DNA of 64,000 nt from Octopus bimaculoides (lineage: Eukaryota). Within the stretch, counting starts at the first letter, position 1; each line of letters starts with the position of its first letter. Positions 1 through 12,419 of the stretch are shown piece by piece. The notes under the pieces were generated by a model, which was not told the origin of the DNA, did not search any database, and worked only from the letters and a program-made list of their open reading frames with translations. The position numbers were made by a program, and so were the translations under genes. The stretch is from NCBI RefSeq assembly GCF_001194135.2, contig NC_068983.1, positions 111,880,377 through 111,944,376 of the forward strand, read 5' to 3'.

Positions 1-508
1 AGGATTCAATGGACGAAAATTCAATTCTTTACATAACAATGTATGTATCGTGTGTCTTGTCAGTCCACTTTCATGAGTTGATGTGTTGATTTTTGCAGGC
101 TGTGGTTAAACATTTCCTGCACTGTTGCTACATTCTACACTGTTGCTACATTCTACACTGATTGGGAGGTAGTCGGAAGGCCACTCCTTCTTGCATCGTT
201 TACAGAGCCAGTGGTCATCAGCTTTGCATGATAACTTTTAATTGTCTCTGGATGTAGTGTTGCATGCTTACCTTTCTATGCATGCCACCATCAATGAAAC
301 AAAACAATGGAATTCCACACTTCATAACGTGCTGCTATCTTAGCTTGCTCCTGAACAGTCAAGCGACTGGCCATCGAGAAAGAAGAAATAAGAAAATAAG
401 AAATCCCCATTAGTGTTGTCTGTTTCAAAAATGTTATCATCATGACTTCAGTGATACTAAAAATTCTATAAGTAATTTCTAATACCTAGTTACTTTCCAC
501 CTGCCCTG
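1..508 (-). mobile_element. 5' part of a decayed Tc1/mariner-superfamily transposon with DUF4817-type HTH transposase N-terminus
   Basis: Minus strand from ATG at 374 reads MASRLTVQEQAKIAARYEVWNSIV, then after a frameshift WWHA*KGKHATLHPETIKSYHAKLMTTGSVNDARRSGLPTTS. Terminus TA|CAGGGCAGGTGGAAAG at 510-493. An 18-bp tandem duplication lies at 121-156. The element runs off the window start. Confidence 0.75.
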
Positions 509-581
509 TATATATATAAGTCAATAATCTAATATAATATATAAATTAAAAACGTAAAAATAAAAACAAAACACAAAGTAT

Positions 582-667
582 TCTGCGGTGCACGTGTTTC
601 AAGCTTTATAGTTGTTGCATCATTATTGGTATATAATTGATAGTATAAAGCTATCTTCAGCCGCAAA
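582..667 (-). ncRNA. Minimal type-I hammerhead ribozyme relic (Penelope-like-element type)
   Basis: Minus strand reads TTTGCGG-CTGAAGA-TAGCTTTATA...TATAAAGCTT-GAAA-C-ACGT-G-CA-CCGCAGA. It has a 7-bp stem I, intact CUGANGA and GAAA, a 9-bp stem II and a palindromic stem III loop. The cleavage triplet is GCA rather than GUH. Confidence 0.7.
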
Positions 668-1661
668 TATATTCTTTCCCAAGAATTATATCACAAAGAA
701 GAAATTAAAAGAGGGAGAAACATGAGAGATAAAAGGTGAGAGTCCACTTGGTATANNNNNNNNNNNNNNNNNNNNNNNNNNNNNNNNNNNNNNNNNNNNN
801 NNNNNNNNNNNNNNNNNNNNNNNNNNNNNNNNNNNNNNNNNNNNNNNNNNNNNNNNNNNNNNNNNNNNNNNNNNNNNNNNNNNNNNNNNNNNNNNNNNNN
901 NNNNNNNTATATATATATATATATATATATATGTGTATATATATAAACATGCATATATGGGTACAGGATGTCACTAAAGGTGCAAATAACATACACATGA
1001 GAGATATGAGATGTGGGCAGTAATTACAGGACAAAAACAGGTGAAATATGTAAACAAGAAAAAAATGGAAAACAGGACCCTTCACTAGAAAAGGACCTTT
1101 CATCAGTTGTTGGCTGTCTATCTATTCCCCATTTCGGAGGTTTGAAACAACAATATGAGTCTTCAAAGACATTTGCTCCCATAAATTCTAAAATAAAATT
1201 TAGGATTTATGGAGAGTCAAAGTTGGGAACAGAAAAATAACAGTGGAGACATTCAAGGAAACTGAACGTTAATCCAGAACGAAAGGAGAATAGTGAACGC
1301 TGGGAGAGACATTTTTTGAAAAGAGAAAAGATGGTAGAGAGAGAAAAAACGTCCAGTCGTTTAGACATCCAAGCAGGAAAAGAAAGATTGTCACATGAGG
1401 AAAAGAAGGATGGACGATGGTCACGTGTGAGCAATGAGAGAGAGAGAAAGGGAAAGAGGGGAGAGCGAGAGAGACAAAGAGACAGATAGAGAATGGTGAA
1501 GGAAGGAGGTGGAGAAAGGGAATTAGAGAAGAGTGGAGGAAGAAGTAAGCAAAGACGTAAAGAAGAAAACAGTACAGAGTTGAGAGTCACACAAATATGG
1601 GTGAAGAGAGCTTAGTTGAGAATGGATGGGTCACGTTCAATTAAATAAATAAATAATATAA

Positions 1662-1679
1662 TCTATATCTATAAAAGAG

Positions 1680-1718
<39 letters not shown>

Positions 1719-1767
1719 AAATGTTCCTTATGCATTTCAAAACTGAGTTGCCGATTTTAACATATGG
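1662..1767 (+). mobile_element. Helitron-like 5' terminus, interrupted by an assembly gap
   Basis: A|TCTATATCTATAAAAGAGAG followed by (TG)n and CCGATTTTAACATATGG, the usual start of non-autonomous invertebrate Helitron-like elements. No matching 3' CTAG end found. Confidence 0.5.
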
Positions 1768-3074
1768 NNNNNNNNNNNNNNNNNNNNNNNNNNNNNNNNN
1801 NNNNNNNNNNNNNNNNNNNNNNNNNNNNNNNNNNNNNNNNNNNNNNNNNNNNNNNNNNNNNNNNNNNNNNNNNNNNNNNNNNNNNNNNNNNNNNNNNNNN
1901 NNNNNNNNNNNNNNNNNNNNNNNNNNNNNNNNNNNNNNNNNNNNNNNNNNNNNNNNNNNNNNNNNNNNNNNNNNNNNNNNNNNNNNNNNNNNNNNNNNNN
2001 NNNNNNNNNNNNNNNNNNNNNNNNNNNNNNNNNNNNNNNNNNNNNNNNNNNNNNNNNNNNNNNNNNNNNNNNNNNNNNNNNNNNNNNNNNNNNNNNNNNN
2101 NNNNNNNNNNNNNNNNNNNNNNNNNNNNNNNNNNNNNNNNNNNNNNNNNNNNNNNNNNNNNNNNNNNNNNNNNNNNNNNNNNNNNNNNNNNNNNNNNNNN
2201 NNNNNNNNNNNNNNNNNNNNNNNNNNNNNNNNNNNNNCTCTCTCTCTCTCTCTCTCTCCTTTTCTTCACTTTCTCTTTTCTTTCAATTTCTGCTCTCTTC
2301 AAAGCATAAAGAAATTAATTATTATGGAATGACCGAATGAAATGCAGAATGAGAAAAAAGACAGAGAAACAAGAGAAAGAAATAGAGACAGAAAACAAGT
2401 TTCTATAGAAGTTGAAAGACGGATAGCGGGTGAGAGACAGACACTGATGTTTCATACCCTATGTATTTTCTATAGCTGATAGTGAAAGAAAGCCTGCACA
2501 AAAAGTGAGGGAAAGCAGGAGAGAAGGGGATGCCGAGAACCCCAGAAATGAGGTCATGTCGTACAATTTTAAGGTCATTTTCACTTTCATTCCATGTTTC
2601 ACACATGCATAGAATTAGGCATTATCTTTCTCTTTCAGTTTTTCATTGTAAAGCACGAAGACCTTCTGCTCTTAACATATTACAACTTCACTACATTTCC
2701 TTCTTTTGAAATTAAGAAAGGTATGCAAAAATAACTTCCTTTGGCACACACAGAGTTAAAGTTCTGTATGAATTGCTGTGCAGTAAATTACAGCTCAAAT
2801 CCCATGGAAATTATCTTTTCCTATTCTGTCATTCCTGTTTGTGATGAGTATATTTCAAAACCTGATCTATTTAAACTTACAAGGAAGTTATTTCAGAAAT
2901 CCTGTCCTTTACCTGTTGTTTCTAGCATGTCCGACATGACATTTGCATACATCCCACCTTATTTCTTTCCTCAATTTCTCACATTCCTATGTTTTCCACA
3001 CAGGAGATTTGCATTTCACCCAAATGCAAGTAGCTAATGGGTGGCTGAGGCAGGGGAAGAGGCATTCAGTATTT

Positions 3075-3540
3075 TCAGAAAATTAAAATTTTCTTACGCT
3101 GCTTCATATTGATGTACAGGCACCATTTTTCATCGCCGGTAGTGATTCGGTAAAGAAATCATTGCTTGTGTCCATGAGTTGAGCGGTGATGAGCAAGCAA
3201 ACCAGCGGAGATTGTGGCTTGTTGATTTTTGTTGCTGTCACTTAAAGCATGCAGAACCCATGCTCCATACTGCTGAACCCTTCTCTTGTCTTTTGATGAG
3301 AATTTTCGTGCAAATGTTGGTTTAATCACTATTCATCAAACTCAACTGGATGGCCAGAATGAGGTGCGTCTTTGAGGTCAACATTTTCATTTTTGAACTT
3401 GGCATACCAATCATGAGTGGTTCTTTCAGCTATGTCACCCTATCCATACACAGCAGAAATGTCACAAGCAGCTTTTGCAGCCTTAGAAACTTGATTAAAT
3501 GCAAAATGAAGGTGTTGAAAATGCTCGTTTTTCTTAACTT
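3075..3540 (-). mobile_element. Decayed mariner transposase fragment (HTH to first catalytic D)
   Basis: Minus-strand segments DWYAKFKNENVDLKDAPHSGHPVEFDE and FLYRITTGDEKWCLYINMKQRK (mariner TGDEKW motif), with stops and frameshifts. Confidence 0.85.
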
Positions 3541-3801
3541 GACATTCCATTTTAATTATCTGAAAATAAACAAAAATTAACTAAAATTAACTAGAAAAAA
3601 AACAAAATAGATTCCAAAATGATTCAAAAATAAAATTCTTGAAAAAAATAGATTCCAAAATTTAAAAATGCAATAAATTCCAAAAATTAAAAAAAGACGG
3701 CGGGGACTTAGTTGCCAACCCAATATATGTATATGTATATATATTTATATATATGCATATGTATATATACATATATATATATATGCATATGTAAATCCAA
3801 A

Positions 3802-4359
3802 GCCTCTGCCAGGGGTGTAGCCAGCCCACTTATGCATACCTTTCCTTCATTGGACACTAAACTCCACTTACGAAGACCTGTTGAGGTAAGTGAAATCGAA
3901 CTAAATTCGACGACTGGCACCCATGCCAATGTCGTCTCCTTCATTGCACACACTACTTGGCTTGCGAAGACCTGTTGGGGCAAACGAAAGTGAAATCGTG
4001 ATGGCACCTGTGCCTAGCGTCACCTTCCTGGCACTTGTGCCAGTGGCACGTGTAAAGACATTCGAGCAAGATCGTTGCCAGTGCCGCTGGACTGACTCCT
4101 GTGCAGGTAGCACGTGAAATACACCATTTTGAGCGTGGCCATTGCCAGTCCCGCTTGAATGGCCTTCGTGCCGGTGGCACGTAAAAGCACCCACTACATG
4201 CTCAGAGTGGTTGGCGTTGGGAAGGGCATCCAGCTGTAGAAACTCTGCCAAATCAGATTGGAGCCTCGTGTTGCCATCTGGTTTCACCAGTCCTCAGTCA
4301 AATCATCCAACCCATGCTAGCATGGAAAGCAGACATTAAACGATGATGATGATGATGAT
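3802..4359 (+). mobile_element. RTE-type retroelement 3' end (tandem-repeat 3' region plus (GAT)n tail)
   Basis: GGAAGGGCATCCAGCTGTAGAAAC...CATGCTAGCATGGAAAGC..TTAAACGATGATGAT tail, shared with copies at 12420, 25253 and 29055. Confidence 0.8.
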
Positions 4360-4756
4360 ATATATATATATATATATATAGATGAAGACAGAAACATATA
4401 GAGTTCAAGGAATCCAATACAGTTCAGTTCTTCTTTTATACCAATTACAGAACTTTGGTAAAACAAATGTGGATAGCATCAGTATCATAAGAACTAAAAT
4501 GCTTAAATGAAATGAGGACAATGTGTTTAATACTGCTGCTAGCATTGTTTGTGTCACGGAAATCATTGTTGACCACAATATACTTCCAAAGAAATGTATA
4601 TCACAAACAAAATTTATTGTTAGGTATTTATATACACTTTGGAGCAACAGCAAAAAAAAAAAAAAACTGAATGGATAGTAAACATGAAACAATGGAAGAA
4701 TGAAAGGCTTTGAAGGAAAATAAAGGCAATAATATTTCATTCGGGAGAGATCAGAG

Positions 4757-4757
<1 letters not shown>

Positions 4758-4787
<30 letters not shown>

Positions 4788-4803
4788 CAGTGGTAGCAGC
4801 GGT

Positions 4804-4847
<44 letters not shown>

Positions 4848-4890
4848 TAGTAGTAGTAGCTGTAGCAGTAGTGGTGATGGTGGTGACGGT
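4758..4890. repeat. Compound (GTA)n/(GCA)n trinucleotide repeat
   Basis: Directly visible. Confidence 0.95.
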
Positions 4891-5250
4891 GGTCCTGCCA
4901 CCACTGACTGGGGCGAATGAAGTTAGTCAAACTGGTAATATTACAGCTTGTTTATTAAAAAATTATTTTTACACCTCGTTGAATGCTACAAATCAATAAC
5001 AAAAATTCTTCCCCTAGGTATTAAATGTATCTATATGCAAAACTATTTGTGTGTATATTAACATATATACATTGTAGCTATGAATTTATATATTTGTATA
5101 TACAAAATGAGAGAAAAAGAGAGTGAGGGAGATACATATGCACAATGTGCACTTAAATGCACACCCTGTGTAAATATACAATGCATACACACACACACAT
5201 ATATATATCATGTTTATATATACCTATATATAATGTATATATGGGTGTGT

Positions 5251-5570
5251 GAAGGCACACGGCTCAGTGGTTTGAGTGGCAGGCTCTCAATCATAAGTTA
5301 GTGAGTTTGACTCCCAAACCGGGTTGTGTGTTGTGTTCTTGAGCAAGACACTTTGTTTCACATTGCTCCAGTTCACTCAGCTGTAGAAATGAGTTGCGAC
5401 GTCACTGGTGCCAAGTTGTATTAGCCATTGCCTTTCCCTTGGACAACATTGGTGGTGTGGAGAGGGGAGGCTGGTATGTATAGGCGCCTGCTGGTCCAGA
5501 CATGTACCTCAGAGGGGAACACTTCTGGGAGCAATCCGATGGTCATTCATGACCAAAGAGGGGACTTTAC
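5251..5570 (+). mobile_element. tRNA-derived CORE-type SINE
   Basis: Pol III A/B-box-like head (GGCTCAGTGG...GAGTTTGACTCC), then TTCTTGAGCAAGACACTT...TGCTCCAGTTCACTCAGCTGTAGAAATGAG, resembling the CORE domain. Confidence 0.75.
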
Positions 5571-5589
5571 TCTTTCTCCTTTATCTTTT

Positions 5590-5636
<47 letters not shown>

Positions 5637-6438
5637 NNNNNNNNNNNNNNNNNNNNNNNNNNNNNNNNNNNNNNNNNNNNNNNNNNNNNNNNNNNNNNNN
5701 NNNNNNNNNNNNNNNNNNNNNNNNNNNNNNNNNNNNNNNNNNNNNNNNNNNNNNNNNNNNNNNNNNNNNNNNNNNNNNNNNNNNNNNNNNNNNNNNNNNN
5801 NNNNNNNNNNNNNNNNNNNNNNNNNNNNNNNNNNNNNNNNNNNNNNNNNNNNNNNNNNNNNNNNNNNNNNNNNNNNNNNNNNNNNNNNNNNNNNNNNNNN
5901 NNNNNNNNNNNNNNNNNNNNNNNNNNNNNNNNNNNNNNNNNNNNNNNNNNNNNNNNNNNNNNNNNNNNNNNNNNNNNNNNNNNNNNNNNNNNNNNNNNNN
6001 NNNNNNNNNNNNNNNNNNNNNNNNNNNNNNNNNNNNNNNNNNNNNNNNNNNNNNNNNNNNNNNNNNNNNNNNNNNNNNNNNNNNNNNNNNNNNNNNNNNN
6101 NNNNNNNNNNNNNNNNNNNNNNNNNNNNNNNNNNNNNNNNNNNNNNNNNNNNNNNNNNNNNNNNNNNNNNNNNNNNNNNNNNNNNNNNNNNNNNNNNNNN
6201 NNNNNNNNNNNNNNNNNNNNNNNNNNNNNNNNNNNNNNNNNTATTCCTGCAGAACCAATGTGGGGTATAGAATATGGAATATACAATATATAATATAATA
6301 TACAATATATAATATAAAATAAAATAAAATAAAATAAAAATGGATGGCACCATGAAAGAAAGTATTGAATGTAGATGAAATATTGAGTGTTCAATATAAA
6401 GGATCAAATATATAAATATATAAATATAAATATATAAA

Positions 6439-6478
6439 GGCGACTCGAGTTTCAGGGCTAGTTCCCTTCGTCTTGGCC
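6439..6478 (-). ncRNA. Degenerate minimal type-I hammerhead ribozyme
   Basis: Minus strand reads GGC-CAAGACGA-AGGG-AACTAG-CCCT-GAAA-C-TCGA-G-TC-GCC. Stems I, II and III and the GUC triplet are intact; core CUGACGA is altered to CAAGACGA. Confidence 0.6.
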
Positions 6479-6778
6479 GGTATGACAGACTTTAACAGAC
6501 CTGTTAAAGTGACAAAGGCACTAATCAGTACCAGAATTGCTAGAAATAAGAATCTCTATCTTAATGACTGACAAGAATGCTTCTGTGGCTATTGAGTTGT
6601 TTTGACTCTTATTTCTAGCAATACTGGTGCCCTTTCTAGCAATAATATTGTACTTTGTTACTTTAGTGATGTATATATTTCTGCCATTAGGTTGTAAAAT
6701 TAGCCACCCATATTATTTGCTTGTGTGTGTGTGCATGTATATATATACACCTATATATAATGTACATTGCATGCGCGC

Positions 6779-6830
<52 letters not shown>

Positions 6831-7346
6831 TTGCTGAAGCTCGAAAGTCTTCACAAACAATTACTCAGTTTCATGTGATTGATCATCAAACAGCTGTGAA
6901 TATTTTGAAAAATATGATGCTCTATAAATGTTTATAAATGGTGCAGTGATAATTATTTAGTAACTCTTCAGCAAAATATTCAAAGCTGATTGGACAGAGT
7001 GTTATTACTTTAAAAAAACATAACTGCAGTCTTTTGAGTGCAAACAATTGAATGCTGACAAAAAAATACCACTATTGAAAAAACAAGGTGAAATTTAATT
7101 AAAAACTGAATAACATAAATTGCCTATATATGTGGAAATCAGAATAATAATTACAAGGGCTAAAAAAGCCCTTTCAGATATCAAGCTTTAGAGAAAATAT
7201 GTAATAAAAACACAGCAATTTTAATCTGCGAATTGCACTTTGTGGAAATTTTCCATTGTGCAAAGCTTGATCTGGCTTCCTTTATTACTTCTAATGGATT
7301 AAATCTATAAAGAAATGAAAATTGAGTTACCAGCTTTTAAAAAGTG

Positions 7347-7375
7347 TATACATTTTATTGAGACACCCTGTATGT
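7347..7375 (-). mobile_element. Isolated Tc1/mariner-type terminal inverted repeat
   Basis: Reverse complement reads TA|CAGGGTGTCTCAATAAAATGTATAC. No partner TIR found. Confidence 0.4.
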
Positions 7376-7680
7376 ATGTGCATGCATGTGAGCATGCGCA
7401 TGTGTGTGTCTGTGTGTGTAAGTGTGCTTGTGTGTGTGTAAGGAAAATTGATTCAGTCATCGGGTGTTGAATAGGAACGCTTTGCAATATTGGTTCTACA
7501 TATATACATATATATAGTCATATATATATATAAACATAATTAAGGGACCAGCAACAGTTGCTTCACCACATACCGAAGTTCAGAAATAGCAGCTAAAGTG
7601 CTAAAACTCCAACAGATAGCAATACTTCTAACTCACAAAGGAAAAACAAGGAGAAAAAACAACGAAACTAACCAGTCGTG

Positions 7681-7766
<86 letters not shown>

Positions 7767-7779
7767 AATAAATAATACA

Positions 7780-8146
7780 AAATGGGACAAGAATGCAAAA
7801 CATCCAGACAGTTAGGTGATACAAGAAAGGGACAACAAAACATCCAGATAGACGATACAAAGAAAACAAGGACAGGTCATTTTGAGTTTTCTTTCCTCAG
7901 TCGAGTTCCAGATTATCTTGGCAATTTCGGCTGGTTATTCTCGATATTGCTCCAATCTATCCGGCCCCAAGGAAAAACTAAGCTAAGAGCATTAGATTCC
8001 TTGGAAGAAAGCAGCGAATGTATACAAAAACAAGGATGAAAAAAACGAACAATGTTACACAAATACAATAAAAATAAAAACTGGACATAACAACAGATGT
8101 CTTTCAACTAAGGACAAATTAAATTAAGCTGGAGTGTGTATATATT

Positions 8147-8207
<61 letters not shown>

Positions 8208-8409
8208 ATGTCTGTGTTTATATACATGTATGCATGTATACCAAAGGGAACCACTTTAAGCTAATTATTTCTGAAAGTTGCAAGGTAACCTTACTAATAG
8301 TGATGCCACAAAATAGAAAAATAATCAATACATTCTGTAAAGTGGTTGGCATTAGGAAAGCCATCCATCTGAAGAAACCATATCACAACCAACATTTCTT
8401 CAACTCATC

Positions 8410-8447
<38 letters not shown>

Positions 8448-8635
8448 NNNNNNNNNNGAATTCTTTCCTCAGTCGAGTTCCAGATTATTTTTGCAATTAT
8501 GGCTGGGTATACTCGAGCTTGCTCCAATCTGGCCAGCCCCAAGCAAAAACTAAACAAATAGCTTTAGATTCCTTGGAAGAAAGCAGCAAATGGATATGAA
8601 AACAAGGATGGGAAAAAAACGAAGAATGTTACACA

Positions 8636-8640
<5 letters not shown>
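7780..8640 (+). repeat. Two diverged copies (about 7875-8060 and 8458-8640) of an interspersed repeat, possibly a Penelope pseudo-LTR
   Basis: Shared TTCTTTCCTCAGTCGAGTTCCAGATTAT...TTAGATTCCTTGGAAGAAAGCAGC...GAATGTTACAC. The family assignment is a guess. Confidence 0.55.
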
Positions 8641-8675
<35 letters not shown>

Positions 8676-8875
8676 AGGGTGGATGGATGGATGGGTGGAT
8701 AGATAAAGATGTAGATATACTAATGCTTGTTTTATGTTCACTTACAATAAAAACACTTTTGCATTAATCTCAAGGACTCCTCCATATCTTTCTAGAGTAC
8801 AAATTTATTTTCCTTTAACAAGAATAGTATTCACAATGACTGAAGTTCTAGCTAGCTAAGCCATCATCATATATA

Positions 8876-8944
<69 letters not shown>

Positions 8945-8967
8945 TCACATATATACATATATACATA

Positions 8968-10232
8968 TTGGATCATCCCATAAATAATGCGATTTGTTAT
9001 ACTTCTTTTATTTTTTTCAAAATTAAGATAAACAAAGTTCTTTTTAAATCTAAAGTATACTCTCCTTAATTTTCTACAATACTCTTCCGTCTATCTGGTA
9101 GTCTTGCAAGGACCCCCTTCCAAATTTCACTTGTCTGTGAGGAAAAATACTTCTCCAGTACTCTTCTGACCTCGTCTACAGAATTCATATTTTTTCCATT
9201 CAAATGATTTTGAAGACTGCATAATGAATGATAATCAAATGAGGTAATGTCTGGTGAATATGATGGATGAATATTGTTTCCCATTGAAACTGCTCCAGCT
9301 TTTGAAATGTCATCCTTGGTGTATGTGGCTGAGCATTATCCTATTGGAAGAACATCTTTTTCTTGAAACCAAAGATGGTCATTTTCTTTCTAGCACTGAC
9401 TTAAGCCTCTCAAGCTGCTTGCAGTAGATCTCCTTTATTGTTTGGTTTGGGTTTAACAGTTCAAAGTAGACTAAATCTTTCATATTCCACCAAACAGATA
9501 ACAACACCTTTTGTGGGTGAAGCTCTTCTTTAGCCTGGGGTACCAGTGTTTCTCCTTTCCCTATCCAGTATCTTCGGCACTTGACACTTTTATAGAGAAC
9601 CCATTTCTCATCATCAGTCTTTATTCAGTCCAAAAAAGATTCATCCGTGAGACATGACAGCAAAGACGAACACACATTCACTCACTACATGTGATTAGAC
9701 TCGGAAAGTATGTGAGGAACCCATTGACCCAATTTGCTGACTTTTCCAATGGCACACAGGTGTCGATGAATGACCAAATCCAAGTTTCTTTGCTATTTCC
9801 TCAACAGTTACGATAGGATTTTGTTCCACCAGGGTTTTGCAGGACATCCTCGTCAAGCTCTTCAGATCTTCCAGAATGAGGCTCATCTTCTAGGCTGTAG
9901 TTTCCAGCTTAGAATTTCTGGAACCACCATTGGCACTGGCTAACGTTTATTGTCTGATCCCCATATACTGCATTAATATTCCTTGCACTTTCCATTATGT
10001 TGTTGCCTTTATTGAACTCATAAGCAAAACATGCCAAATATGCTTCTTTGTCCCTTCCATTATAGCTTTGAAAAAATAACTGTTAATATTGAACTGCACT
10101 CTTCAAAACTTGCACTAAGAATAAAACAAAAGTAAAATTACTTCTTGTTTTATAGCAAGTTGATGCAGGTTTATTCCATCACCCTCTGACCTTTAGTTCA
10201 TGCAACTGAAAAAACTGCATTATTCATGGGAT
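8968..10232 (-). mobile_element. Near-full-length (about 1.27 kb) decayed mariner transposon
   Basis: TA|TTGGATCATCCCATAAATAATGC left TIR and GCATTATTCATGGGAT right TIR remnant. ORF 9066-9284 carries HPSYSPDITSFDYH (mariner YSPDL motif). ORF 9695-9886 carries the second HTH (EQNPIVTVEEIAKKLG). Confidence 0.9.
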
Positions 10233-10326
10233 ATATAGATGTGTGTGTGTGTGTATGCATATGTATAAATATATATATGTATATGTGTGTGTATATGTAT
10301 ATATATATATATATATAAAATATATA

Positions 10327-11540
10327 GTTTTAGGGAAAATAACCAATTTTCAAGAACTCATCGATGAAAATCCACTATCACATATAGTTTGAATTACGGA
10401 AAAATTTGGATAAGTACTGTTTTCACTTTGCTAAAGATTTTCTACTATTTGAAAATAATATGTATTCTTGTTTTTATACTATTCATTTGGTTCTTTATAG
10501 ATTATTTTAATAGATAACNNNNNNNNNNNNNNNNNNNNNNNNNNNNNNNNNNNNNNNNNNNNNNNNNNNNNNNNNNNNNNNNNNNNNNNNNNNNNNNNNN
10601 NNNNNNNNNNNNNNNNNNNNNNNNNNNNNNNNNNNNNNNNNNNNNNNNNNNNNNNNNNNNNNNNNNNNNNNNNNNNNNNNNNNNNNNNNNNNNNNNNNNN
10701 NNNNNNNNNNNNNNNNNNNNNNNNNNNNNNNNNNNNNNNNNNNNNNNNNNNNNNNNNNNNNNNNNNNNNNNNNNNNNNNNNNNNNNNNNNNNNNNNNNNN
10801 NNNNNNNNNNNNNNNNNNNNNNNNNNNNNNNNNNNNNNNNNNNNNNNNNNNNNNNNNNNNNNNNNNNNNNNNNNNNNNNNNNNNNNNNNNNNNNNNNNNN
10901 NNNNNNNNNNNNNNNNNNNNNNNNNNNNNNNNNNNNNNNNNNNNNNNNNNNNNNNNNNNNNNNNNNNNNNNNNNNNNNNNNNNNNNNNNNNNNNNNNNNN
11001 NNNNNNNNNNNNNNNNNNNNNNNNNNNNNNNNNNNNNNNNNNNNNNNNNNNNNNNNNNNNNNNNNNNNNNNNNNNNNNNNNNNNNNNNNNNNNNNNNNNN
11101 NNNNNNNNNNNNNNNNNNNNNNNNNNNNNNNNNNNNNNNNNNNNNNNNNNNNNNNNNNNNNNNNNNNNNNNNNNNNNNNNNNNNNNNNNNNNNNNNNNNN
11201 NNNNNNNNNNNNNNNNNNNNNNNNNNNNNNNNNNNNNNNNNNNNNNNNNNNNNNNNNNNNNNNNNNNNNNNNNNNNNNNNNNNNNNNNNNNNNNNNNNNN
11301 NNNNNNNNNNNNNNNNNNNNNNNNNNNNNNNNNNNNNNNNNNNNNNNNNNNNNNNNNNNNNNNNNNNNNNNNNNNNNNNNNNNNNNNNNNNNNNNNNNNN
11401 NNNNNNNNNNNNNNNNNNNNNNNNNNNNNNNNNNNNNNNNNNNTATACTCATTTATTGTGCTTTTAATTATCAATTTTTCTATATGTGATAGTGGATTTT
11501 CATCGATGAGTTCTTGAAAATTGGTTATTTTCCCTAAAAC
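10327..11540. repeat. Perfect 61-bp inverted repeat pair (10327-10387 / 11480-11540) bracketing a 0.9-kb gap; TA-flanked
   Basis: GTTTTAGGGAAAATAACC...CACATATAG and its exact reverse complement. Confidence 0.8.
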
Positions 11541-11649
11541 TATATATTTTATATATACTTATATAAGGCTCAATTTAATTTTAATTTTTTATAAATTGAT
11601 TTTAATTGAGTTTTTTACCTGTAATTTTGGATTTTGTCCCTAATATTAT

Positions 11650-11686
<37 letters not shown>

Positions 11687-11690
<4 letters not shown>

Positions 11691-12316
11691 TTATGATCAA
11701 TAAGTATCCGGACTGTTGCCATTGTAACGAAGCTAAAGCATGCAGAGTAAATCTGCTTGGTTCAGATTGACCTTGGACTCTGTTGTGCATGTGCACTAAG
11801 TTTTAACATTCTAGTTCATTTTCTCTGTTTACAGCAGTGCTTGAAAGAAACATGTGTCGCGTATGATCATTGAATTAGCATCTGTGAGTTATCAGGGAAT
11901 TTGCAGACTAGTTGCAGTTCAGTTCAGTCCATTATCACTGAAGATACGGTTATGACACACGTGTCTGCCAAAACTGCTTTCAGCTGACCCAAAAGACAGA
12001 TCTCCTTGATTGTGTTGAAAACAATGAAAACATTTTTAAAACTTTGCATAGTCCTCTGAACAAGTATTGCCAAGCTTTTGGCAAAGTTTAATGCAGATTC
12101 TCTACTCAACTTTCTCTGTAATGGTCAATGCGATGATCACACACTACACACCTTCCTTCCAAGTACTGCTGTAAATAGCAGAAGTGAGCTAAAACCTTAA
12201 ACCTTAGTGCACATGCACAGCAGAGTCCAATATCAATCTGTGTCAAGCAGATTTATCTTGCATACTTTAGCTTTGTTACTATAGCAACAGTCCGGATACT
12301 TATTGATCAGACCATG
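11687..12316 (-). mobile_element. Internally deleted mariner derivative with long (about 120-130 bp) TIRs
   Basis: TA flanks. TGATCAATAAGTATCCGGACTGTTGC / GCAACAGTCCGGATACTTATTGATCA. Interior minus strand reads RICIKLCQKLGNTCSEDYAKF, a decayed mariner N-terminal HTH. Confidence 0.85.
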
Positions 12317-12357
12317 TATGTATACACACATGTATATGTATGTGTGTGTGTGTATAT

Positions 12358-12401
<44 letters not shown>

Positions 12402-12419
12402 CATACATATACATGTGAG

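Noticed and set aside
1250-1620. Purine-rich (GA) stretches and their antisense ORFs (also 12930-13100)
   Set aside because: Low complexity; may be repeat-internal but no family could be supported.
7865-7905. Hammerhead-like CUGAGGA...AAAA...GUC on the minus strand
   Set aside because: GAAA is absent and stems I and II do not pair convincingly.
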